A DNA stretch of 63,974 bases, counting the filler, from Intoshia linei (lineage: Eukaryota > Animalia > Orthonectida): the NCBI GenBank assembly GCA_001642005.1. It is 13 parts of 13 records of this genome, joined end to end, with 100 filler letters (N's around TTAATTAATTAA, not from the genome) between each part and the next. Parts side by side here need not be neighbours in the genome. Positions count along the whole stretch, not along the records: positions 51,115 to 53,984 come from LWCA01002213.1; positions 54,085 to 55,718 come from LWCA01002543.1; positions 55,819 to 61,406 come from LWCA01001762.1; positions 61,507 to 62,860 come from LWCA01002652.1; positions 62,961 to 63,974 come from LWCA01002854.1; 8 more parts are not named here. One strand, written 5' to 3'. A model generated the notes under the pieces. That model made no database searches and was not told where the DNA came from. It saw only the letters and a list, made by a program, of their open reading frames with translations. Positions 53,740-63,974 of this stretch are shown piece after piece. Positions within the stretch are counted from its first letter, which is position 1, and each line of letters opens with the position of its first letter. Position numbers and translations under genes: made by a program.

Positions 53740-54264
53740 AATTCTGGGGCTGTTTTCATTAATAAAAAGAAAAGTAATTTGGGATTTTGGCATTTTAAAT
53801 ATTTTTAAATTTAAATTTATGACTTAGCCTCGGAAAAAATTGTAATTGAAATTTGCCTTTAAAAAATTCTAAGACCGGTAGTTATTTAAATAAATGGTAA
53901 CACACAGACAGACACACACAAACAAAAATCGCGTAGAATATTATATAAGTTATAATTACTTATTCTTAATATATTAGAACATTANNNNNNNNNNNNNNNN
54001 NNNNNNNNNNNNNNNNNNNNNNNNNNNNTTAATTAATTAANNNNNNNNNNNNNNNNNNNNNNNNNNNNNNNNNNNNNNNNNNNNACAATTGGGCTTTTTA
54101 ACCCGTAAGATGTGAGTTTGAGAGGTTGAAATTTATTTTGCTAAAACCTGAAAAAAACTGTAATTGAAATATGGACTTTGTAAAATGCTAAAACTGATAG
54201 TTATAAAAATAAACGGTAATAAACACACAAACAAATATTGCATAGCATATTATATAAGTAAGGA
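53740..54264 (-). mobile_element. Helitron family A 5' ends (53740-53952 and 54085-54264)
   Basis: CACACAAACAAAAATCGCGTAG..TTATATAAGTTA and ..TATATAAGTAAGGA|T termini. Confidence 0.78.
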
Positions 54265-55269
54265 TGACTAAATCCTTAAATATACACTAAATATTAGATT
54301 TATGAATCTGTTAGAATGTACCATTATAGTTGAATAATTCTTTTAGGTTTGAAAAAAATTTAAAAAATCCCGAAGAATCCAAAATGCTACTTGATGACAC
54401 AGTTCCCAATGTTTACACTCAAAATTTAAAATTGCAAATGGAACTATCTAGATTAGAAGATGAAAAAGAGGTTTACAAGAATGCAGCCGTGTAATTAATT
54501 TCACCGTTGTAACTCCAAGTCTTGGAGATGTCTAAGGGCTATATGGAATTACGCATTTGTTTAAGAAAAATTTTTATTATGATGTTTTATTTGCAAGAAT
54601 TTCTCGAGTAGAATGGGTTCAATTCTAGGTGGAACTTTGGTGGGTTTATTTTTAATATTCGCAAAAAATATTAAATTCGTAATTTAAATATATTCCCAAA
54701 TAGTGAATGATCACTCTGTATGTTTATGTTACAATCCGTTTAGAGAATCAGAATGTAGAATATATCTATATGAAAAGGGTTGGTAAACTTGAATTTGTCT
54801 CAAAGGGGTTGGTAAATGTATATTTTTTCCCTCGTATATTGAACAAAATTCTTCAATATGTCTGAAATAATAAAATAATAAATGAATGATTCTCAAAACG
54901 GGCGGTAGCATACAATATACACATATCACACATAGTATAGTATGTATACTATACTATATATGTATATATAGTATAATGTACATACTGGCACATATTTCGA
55001 AAATGATGCAAATTTATAAATTATGTTTTACATTTTATACACATTATTCGTGGAACAGTACCGGACTGTATAACAACATTACGGAAACGTGCGTTCATTT
55101 AGTTGATTAAAAAATACTGATTTTTATTAACTTGCATTGATAATTTATAGAAAAATTAATGAACTATATACAAAATACCGAAAAGAATGTTTATTCCATA
55201 AAACTAAACACAAAAGAATAATTCAGGAAAAGAATGCATTGAAACTTAAACTTGTCAGGTAAAAACATA

Positions 55270-55718
55270 TGATACATTAAAAACTAGTTAACCATTTCCA
55301 AGGTGAACTTCTGGTAGAAATTATTACAATCAACATTGTTAATACCAATTAAATAACGAGTAGTACCCATAAAAAGTTTACTTTAACAATGTGTTAACGT
55401 TTAGATAGCTACTGTATAAATGCAATGTTTGCCTGTTCACTTTTATTTAAGAAAGAGAAGCTTTCAACTTTAAAATTTAATCAACATACTGTGTTATTCG
55501 ATGTGTACAATTAAGAAGTATAAAACGTTTATTTCTATTATCGTTCTTCTACGTTACTTTAGTAATAATTACTTTAGTTCGATATCATGTCATCTTCCCC
55601 CATCACAAAATCCTTGTATTTGCTAGGAAGTTGAATCAATCTTTTTGGTCGACCAGTTGTTCCGGCATCAATAGGTTCATCAGGTAATAAATGCTCTTGT
55701 ACCATGTAGGGATAATCA
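55270..55718 (-). mobile_element. 3' end of an LTR retrotransposon (pol tail, polypurine tract, ~318-bp LTR)
   Basis: Minus frame GRPKRLIQLPSKYKDFV* is typical of a Gypsy pol tail. GGGGAAGA polypurine tract, then TGATA (55587) .. TATCA (55270) with an internal AATAAA. Confidence 0.6.
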
Positions 55719-55998
55719 NNNNNNNNNNNNNNNNNNNNNNNNNNNNNNNNNNNNNNNNNNNNTTAATTAATTAANNNNNNNNNNNNNNNNNNNNNNNNNN
55801 NNNNNNNNNNNNNNNNNNAAAAAATATTTTATATTTCGAAATATGTGAAATCTTATCGGTGATAAAGCGTTTTTAATTAATTGTATCAATAAAAACAACA
55901 TATCTTTGTGAATCACCTAATAGATTCTTTTGATGGAAATCTGTGCTTATATAATAAATATATATATATATATTAAAATAAAATTTATTAAAAATAAT

Positions 55999-58900
55999 TT
56001 AAATGGCTTCAATGGTGAGATCAAATTCTTCAAAGTAGTTTTTAGGGACTAAATTTAAAACACTACTGCGATACGTGGATATTTTTGCTGGTTTTTGAGT
56101 GAATTGGTTATCAAAATTTTGAGCTAATTTATTATTCTAAATTAAACGATTAATAATATTAATTGCAAAATATGCATACCGTTGGTACAAATGGTGAAGT
56201 AACTAATAGGTTTGTCATGGCTTCCCATTCAATGTTATCGTAAAACGTAAAAGTCGAAATTTTTTCTCCCTTAAGAGAGCAATTGTCTATGCGCTGTTCT
56301 ACATTGCGTACTAAAATCTAGAATTTTATTAAAACAACAGAGTACACAATTTACAGATTCTATAAATTGTTTGAGATCTAATTCCATCTTTTTGGGATAG
56401 AAAATGTTGCTATTGACTACAGAGGAAAATATTTCTTCCTCTTCATCTCCTTCAAAGCAAGATAGCCCAGTGTACATTTCTATAATTAATTAATTTTATT
56501 TTAATTTTATATACCGTAAATCAAAACGCCGTAGGACCACCAATCTACTGTGTATGTATAGGGTTTATTCATAATGATCTATTATATATGTCGAAGAAAA
56601 ATTTTTATTTTTAAACCTCTGGAGCCATGGAACCTGGTGTACCGCAAAATGTATAAGCTTGTTCGGCACCAATCAATTTTCTACACATACCAAAGTCTGC
56701 CAGCTTTAAATTACCTTCCATTGTCATCAAAATATTGTCCATTTTTAAATCTCTGCAATAAAAATAAATATTAATAATATAATATTTTTTCAAAATATTA
56801 CCTATACATAATATCATTGTTGTGTAGGTAGGATAAAGCTATATAAATTTGAGCTCCATAAAATTTCACCGTTTTATAAGTAAAACGACCACATTTTTCG
56901 AAATGAAACATTAAATCACCTCCTAAACAATATATTATCACATATAAATTACTATGTTACCAGATAAAAATTCCATAACATATATAAGATAATGCTAAAT
57001 TTTAAATGATCAAAACATTTTTGAAAAAATACAGTCGTTTGAAAAGAAGTAGCCAAACATGTCAAGAATTTGCAATCTTTGCCCACTAAAATTTTTATAT
57101 TTTTAAACAATATTAATTTACTTGCTAGGATGTCTCTTTCCAACATGGCGCACATTATATCGTCTGCTTCAATAATTACATCTTTTCTCATTATTTTCAT
57201 GGCATAATGTCTATTTTGGGTTTTAATTGACGAAACAACGTAAACCTTTTACAAATGTAAATGTATATCATTAAAATAGTTACTTTTCCGAAACTTCCTT
57301 CTCCAACCATTTTATGAATTTTGAAAGAAGATAGGGTGTATTTATTTGACAATGACTGAATTTGTATGCTTCCTTGTCTTTTTACTAATAATATTAGATT
57401 ATTAGAATATTATCTTAGACTTTGAATGTATGTATTAGATCAAACTTCTTAACTTTTGATTATATGAGTATACAAGGTTTATGCGTAAAATTATAATATA
57501 TAAGATATGTTTAATCCATTGAAAAACTATGAATATCATTATCTCCCATAAATATTTAAAATTTAATTATAGTTAAGTGAAGGTTTGATTAACAATTTTA
57601 TTATTAAAAATAAGAGAAAATAAAAGAAAATATCTTTTAGAGAGTTTCAACATTACCACCCCAAATTTATGTTGTTGGCATCACTAGGACAGTACATGCA
57701 TTCTCAATACGTCTCAATCCTTTTTGAAACTTTTTGTGACACGACAATCAATATCTTATACAATAATGTAATACAATTTCAAAATATTTTAACACGTGGA
57801 AATAATAACATGAACCGCTCGTTTTTGAGACTCTGATACATTTATATTATTTTTTACTTCATGTTCAATTAATTTGTAAAATTACTTATTGATTTATGTG
57901 CATAGGGTGTACTCTAAGAAGCATATATATAAATGCATTAAATAACATACATCGCTAACTTTTATGTTTGCAATAGCATTAGAAATTGTGTGTTGATTTA
58001 TTCCGCAACCAGCCAATGCGTCATTTTTAAAACATCTTTTATGAATATTCCTTTTACACGCTAATTTATTAATGTATTTACATTTCTTTAAAATGATAGA
58101 TTAGTGTTAAAAACAAATTACCTTTGCATGTTAAGCCCTGATTGACGAGTCCATAAATAAGTGTTCCTAAAAATTATTTTTTTCAATATGTATAATATAA
58201 TATTATCGGTGTCCTGAGTGCACTGTCCTAATTCAAACAAAAGTGAGTATAAAACCTTAACAAATACTTTTAATATTTTAGATATTTTAAGAATTTAAGA
58301 ATCAGATAAACTCTATCTGATAGTAGTATTTTTCATATAAAAGTTTGGTAAAATTAAATTTTTCAAAAAAATATTGGTAAAAAAGTTTTTTCCTTAAGCC
58401 TTGGTAACTTATTAAAATTTTGTTTTTTTGTGATAAGATTTGATCGAATTGTATGTTTGAATAAAATATGCCAAACATTTATGATTCATCCGCTATTTAC
58501 CCCAATCATCTGATATTTTTGTATTCATACTTTGGGGGACTGGTCATCCCCATGATAAGCATTGATCTAACGGTCAATGTAAAAAATTGTCTTGTAAACA
58601 CGTTGTTGTGCCAGGGTTTGCTAACTCTCAAAAATCACAAAAATTTTTTGTTAAACAAAAGGGTAAATTAAGTAAAATTTGACCCTGAAGAACTTAAATT
58701 CGGAAACTGGAAACATATCACTATCCCCTGCTAAAATCTGTAGTAGAAATTGGGGTATTTAATTTTACGACGTTAATTTTTTAAATAAATGGTAACAAAC
58801 ACACAGAAACATTAAATTACATTAATTTGTGTAACAAAGTTGTAAAATGGTTTCTTGCTCAACGTAGCGAACCTACCGTTATTGAGGCCCTTTCACGACC

Positions 58901-60736
58901 GGGTGAATTTATCAAATTATCATAAAAAATTATATTCTTTTGAGTATCATAACTATTTTGTGTATTAAATTTAAATTATCAATTGTTAAATTGCGACATC
59001 AAGAGCCTAGAAGGGTGGTTAGAAGTATATGGCACTAATCATGGTTTGCAAATTTTTTTTGAGCCTATTTTTGATTTTTGGTGGCCTCGAGCTTGGTAGA
59101 TTCAGCTCTGACTGTCATATCATTGTAATGTTTTATATAAAATTATAAATAATTACCGCAATGTTCGCAAAATGTTGGTTTATAATAAGTTTTAACTTTG
59201 TAATTGTGTTCAATTCTAAATTTCATTCTTCCAATTTCGCTCTAAACTGAAATATACATAATAAATAAATTAGGATTGGTCAAAGGAACAATCTTTATAA
59301 AACTACAAAAGCAAATAATTATAATCTAAATCAGCGCTTCTCAAATGGGGTACTGAATAGTGTTAATAATCTATTAATTTTCTATATTTTTAAAAATATC
59401 ACTAAAAATAAATAAATAGAATATTTTCCTAATTCTATTGCAATACATTCACAATATATATTCTTATAAGACATTATTTTACTTCTTACATTTATGTATT
59501 GTTATTATTTACATTAATTGGTTAAAAAATCTACTGTTTGGCTATATTTTGCTAAAAATAGCAACGACGAAGCCATATGTATGTTTTCTAAAAAGATTAA
59601 ATGTGGCGATGATTGTACTTTGTTGTACTTGTACTGATTATATTATATTATAAACTATTATTAATTGAAATATTAATACATTTAAATTTAATTAAATGTT
59701 GGTCCCTTTATAGTTCATGTAATTTGGTAAATTAGTAATTTTAAAAAATTAACGATTTATTAATTGTGGAATTAAAATATTAAATTCAATTAAATTCAAT
59801 TAAAATTAAAATTCATCTAATTTTAATTATTGTTATTTTGAAGTTAAAAAGTTAGATTAATATTCTAATAGTTCTTGTTATATCTCTCTCATTATGTATG
59901 CAATGCTCGGTAAACATATTTGAATTTAAATTATGATTATACAGTTTTAAGTAAATATATGTTACGTTTGCAATATAAAAATAGTATTTAAGGTTCATTC
60001 AAATTACATTAGAAAAAAATTTAATTTTTTGGCTTACTTATGGAGCTTAACCATTAAAGTTAAAAATGTGGTGTGAGTCGGAGCAGAATGACATTATTCA
60101 TGATCACGTGTTACCAAAATTTTGTCACAAATGGTCATATTTTATACGTAAAATTGTGTGTTGTCTAGTTTAATTTGTCTCTTATAATTATATTTACTCT
60201 TTATAATGAAAATAAAATGTATTACGTCATCAGTACACTCTGTAGTTGAAAATTTACTAAAATATGTTATATTAAAATGACTAAAGAATTTTAAAACGTG
60301 TGTTATTTACCATTCCAGCAAAACCAAATTAACGCAGTGCTTGTGGACAATGTTCTTACAACCTAAGAAACAAGTATATAATATAATATACATTTTTAGT
60401 AAAATGAACAATGTTTAGTGAACATGTTAAATTAAGAATATAAAAAAATTATATATAACACTTTCGCTGACTAGAAGAATGGTTACGGCTTTTAGAAAAA
60501 AAATTTAAAAATAAAAAAATAATATTTTAAATTTAAATTACATTTGCATTCATATCCCTGTCGATTCAAGCCCCTAAATTTTGTAATATTTTCAATTTTT
60601 GAATATTTACCAAATAAACTGTTTGCAAAATGAACAAAATGTTGGCTGTTTAAAGAAACTTGCTTTATAGTAGTGCCCTTTAGTCATATGGATCCTAGCC
60701 TTGCGGATCGCTAGATTTCTGCGCATTTTCCTCATT
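55999..60736 (-). CDS. Novel protein kinase C, delta/theta-like
   Basis: Pseudosubstrate RRNLAIRKARIH. C1A [32 protein letters not shown]. C1B [31 protein letters not shown]..CGINQ. Kinase GEGSFGK, RKDVIIEADD, YRDLKMDN, DFG, TFCGTP..APE. AGC tail NFDNQFT..FEEFDL. 5' (C2) exons uncertain. Confidence 0.92.
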
Positions 60737-61506
60737 CTGAAAATTATAATTTGTACTGGTGTTTACAAAATAAACAAATACAATGTTTATTTTAAGGTTA
60801 ATATAGAATATATTTGTCAAATGTTGTTCTACATGTTCATATTTATGGCCGTATCGGAATAATAACGCCAAATGTGTATAAAATCTGTCACAATAAGTCA
60901 ATTGTTTTCAAATTGTGTGCGATAAAATTCATAAGTATGCCGATAGATAATATATTACAAGGGTTTTTAAAGTAGATGATTAATTCAATTAGGGGCGATT
61001 TTGAGCAATAATATATTAATTACATATAAATAGATTTTTTTATATATCATTATAATTATTACATAATGATTCAATAACACAGTACAACAAAAAAGAGATT
61101 AATCAAATCTATATAATTATGATCTCATAAAGATAATATAATGAGTGATACAATATTAATAGATAATTAGATCTAGTTTCCGAGATATAGGCCAAATAAA
61201 ATTAACTTATCAAAATTGAGTTGATTGGAATCCAAATTTTGGATATGAAATGAAATAAGTTTAAATTGAGTAATATGAATTGCAACTGTCAATCAAAAAA
61301 TTCAAATGACTTTTGTTTACTTTGCGGATCTTTTTTATTTAAGACAAAGAAGAAATATTTAATTAATGATACAAACAAATGTGGCGAATTTTATACAAAA
61401 TTTTATNNNNNNNNNNNNNNNNNNNNNNNNNNNNNNNNNNNNNNNNNNNNTTAATTAATTAANNNNNNNNNNNNNNNNNNNNNNNNNNNNNNNNNNNNNN
61501 NNNNNN

Positions 61507-61633
61507 TTGATAATAGTGAATAGTAGGATTTTTAAGTTAGATTTTCAACATGAATTTATTCTTTTGTATAATATTAATGTGCCCTTGGCAGATATATGTG
61601 CTGTTTGTACGTAGTACATAACAGTAGACCTAG
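61507..61633 (+). mobile_element. Helitron family A 3' end
   Basis: GTGCTGTTTGTACGTAGTACATAACAGTAGACCTAG|T. Confidence 0.78.
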
Positions 61634-61719
61634 TTAAACTATATTTATCATAATGTAATGTTAGCAAAATTAAAAATTGTATTTTGAAAATGTAGTTTGC
61701 TCATATATATAATTGTAGA

Positions 61720-62690
61720 TCATAAAAAAGTACCTTTAATGGGAACTTCAAAATCAATATCAAAGGAAATTTCCAGTCTTTTTATTTCAGTATTATAAAC
61801 AATGAAAATGTAAAATTTATCAACATTTTGGTTTACAATGTCAAAATTAGAATATTGAGTAATATTAGGTAATTGTTGAGATGAAAAAAAGTCAATATCA
61901 ATTGGATCTCCAGGAATTTGATATTCATTCTTTTTCACAAAGTTATAAGTGCCTTTATCAGAAATTTCAATTTGATAAAATATCTTAATTTATAAACATT
62001 AAAAAATACTCGATAAAAATACAAATAATGATCTAGTCTAGATAAAACCTTGCGGTAAGTGTCATTCTGCGATTGTTACCTACTTTACGCAGGCAGTCTC
62101 GTAGAAAGGTTCTTAAACTTTCTTGTGTAAAGCACCCAAATTTTTATTTCCCGATTCAACCACTATTTTTACTTCCAGGTGTCTAATTTAAAACAATTCA
62201 AAAGTGTATTACCCGTTTTACATTTTACCACGAGATAACCTAGTAATTATTACATAATTACTGTAATAAAATGTAGGTTTAATTCCCACTTGTTTTAGTT
62301 AAAAAATTTAAAATTCACTGTAAAATTTTCAAATATAACCCTGAGCTATGCTGACCCCAGTTTGAGAACCACTGATCTAAATTAAATATATTACTAATTT
62401 GGCACTTGGACAGTCTGTCAATGCTCCAGATCCACTAAGAATGACAAAATAAGAGTAAAAAAGATCCTGTATGGCGTATATAGCTTCTCGATTTTTATCA
62501 ACATATCTAGCAGTGTATGTCATTATGTATAATTTTCTAGTGATTATTGTAACTACTGTTACAATTTGTAATTGACTAATTCGATTTGACTTTATTATTA
62601 GTGAAAAAATTACTGAAATGGCAGATGAAGCAATCAATTCAGATGGTAGAGCATACAAACTTTTGGATGCTCTACGATTTAGATTTTATC
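61720..62690 (-). CDS. Internal exons of an unassigned gene
   Basis: Two open segments (~62395-62680 and ~61733-61985) with GT/AG ends, separated by an intron carrying a hAT-type end (TTGAGAACCACTG). Confidence 0.35.
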
Positions 62691-63065
62691 ATGATATTGG
62701 GTATTATAAAATTTTTTGTCTAATTTTAAAAATTATTTATTTTCATTTTTATGTAGTTGTCATATCTAAAATTCTAAAAAGCGTCTAAATTAAAGTGGCT
62801 AGAAAAATACGTACTATCACTTTTAGTTTATTTAGAATAAATTTTAAGCCGAAAATTTTTNNNNNNNNNNNNNNNNNNNNNNNNNNNNNNNNNNNNNNNN
62901 NNNNTTAATTAATTAANNNNNNNNNNNNNNNNNNNNNNNNNNNNNNNNNNNNNNNNNNNNAAGTTTATTAACAAATTTATAAAATATATATAATAAAAAT
63001 GAATATATTAACGTGATTTCAATTTACTTATACTCGTTATAGAAACTTATATAAATTAAATTTAG

Positions 63066-63615
63066 ACTCGTATGCACCATTCAATTCTCTGAGCGGTAGA
63101 AATGCATTGAAGACTGCATTTGAAAAATCAAATATACCTGGTCCAGCAGCATATAAACTTAAAGAGCCTTTCAAGTCAATTAAGGTTTACATTAGTCTTT
63201 AATATTCACGCATAATATATTATTACATCTATGAGACGGTGCGGATGAACAAAATTCATCATAAATCAATATTAACCAGTCGAATTTAAAATTCAAAATT
63301 AAAAAATTTTACATTCAATGGTCTGCAATGTACATGGTACAATCTTTATACCGAGATATTAGAGGGTCGAATTTGCCCATATGTAAAGTAGTCAAAGTTT
63401 CATTTTTTATACATTTTACATTGTAAATAATATTTTTATATATCCAATGTATTCATTAATATTTTAATTAGGGCTGCCAAACATTGGCAAATAAAGTAAG
63501 CCGCTTTCAGCCTACATTAGGAAGTGCACCCGGTCCAACAACCTATGAAATTACTCATTTTCCGAAGAAATCTACATTGGAAATGTATCAAGATAAAATT
63601 GAAAAAAATAGATTG
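63066..63615 (+). CDS. Sperm-tail PG-rich (STPG/ODF3, SHIPPO-repeat) protein exons
   Basis: NIPGPAAYKL (63066-63184) and SRFQP..SAPGPTTYEI (63472-63615) PGP-x-x-Y repeats. Confidence 0.72.
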
Positions 63616-63974
63616 GTATTCTTTATTTATATGTTTATTATTATGTATTATGTATCCATTATGATAATAATATTAATTTCTAACATTTTCTAGGTTAATA
63701 TTTTTCATTTTTATATGCTTCTATATTTTTTTAAAAGTATTTTTTTGACCCCAAACCTTATATTATTACAGTCTAAGTCCTTATTAACGAAATTTTTGTT
63801 AGCGAAAATTCCATTTTAACGGTATTTTGAAATTATTCATTTTTTCTTAACGAATTTGTATGAACCAACAATTTCGTTAATAAAAATTTTATCTCTTAAG
63901 CTCTATAATTATTATAAACTAATTTTTTTATTAATTAGACGTCAATTTATTACGTTTTTATCAAATTTTTAATA

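Noticed and set aside
13069-62960. Regularly recurring TTAATTAATTAA palindromes
   Set aside because: Always embedded in 44+44 Ns; artificial six-frame-stop linkers.
1-63974. tRNA, rRNA or snRNA genes
   Set aside because: No convincing cloverleaf, T-loop or rRNA signature seen by eye; tRNAscan-SE/Infernal would be needed to exclude them.

Overview
Very AT-rich eukaryotic DNA with many very short (~30-60 nt) GT-AG introns. It is animal, since it carries a T-box gene, class C GPCRs, a novel PKC and EGF exons. A compact invertebrate such as an orthonectid is a guess, not shown by the sequence. The window is 13 contigs joined by 12 artificial 100-bp linkers (44 N + TTAATTAATTAA + 44 N). Recognisable genes: two tandem class C GPCRs, a damaged multi-EGF gene, CCDC65/DRC2 (split across opposite strands), a divergent T-box gene, an LCAT/PLA2G15-like pseudo-exon, DAW1/WDR69, GTF2F2, the 5' part of synaptojanin, an unassigned secreted protein inside nested inverted duplications, a large repeat-bearing disordered protein, a PKC-delta/theta-like kinase and an STPG/ODF3-type PGP-repeat gene. 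Mobile DNA is dense: more than 12 pieces of one non-autonomous Helitron family, hAT elements/MITEs, two piggyBac relics, duplicated Tigger/pogo relics and two Gypsy fragments. The strongest structural result is that contig 24444-33523 is inverted relative to its left neighbour, shown independently by CCDC65 and by a hAT element with an 8-bp target duplication. I found no unambiguous new multi-gene system. The best novelty candidates are the secreted-protein locus at 44.2-47.1 kb, the putative multivalent LC8-binding protein, the divergent class C GPCR pair and the truncated T-box protein. Exon boundaries were read by eye and are approximate.
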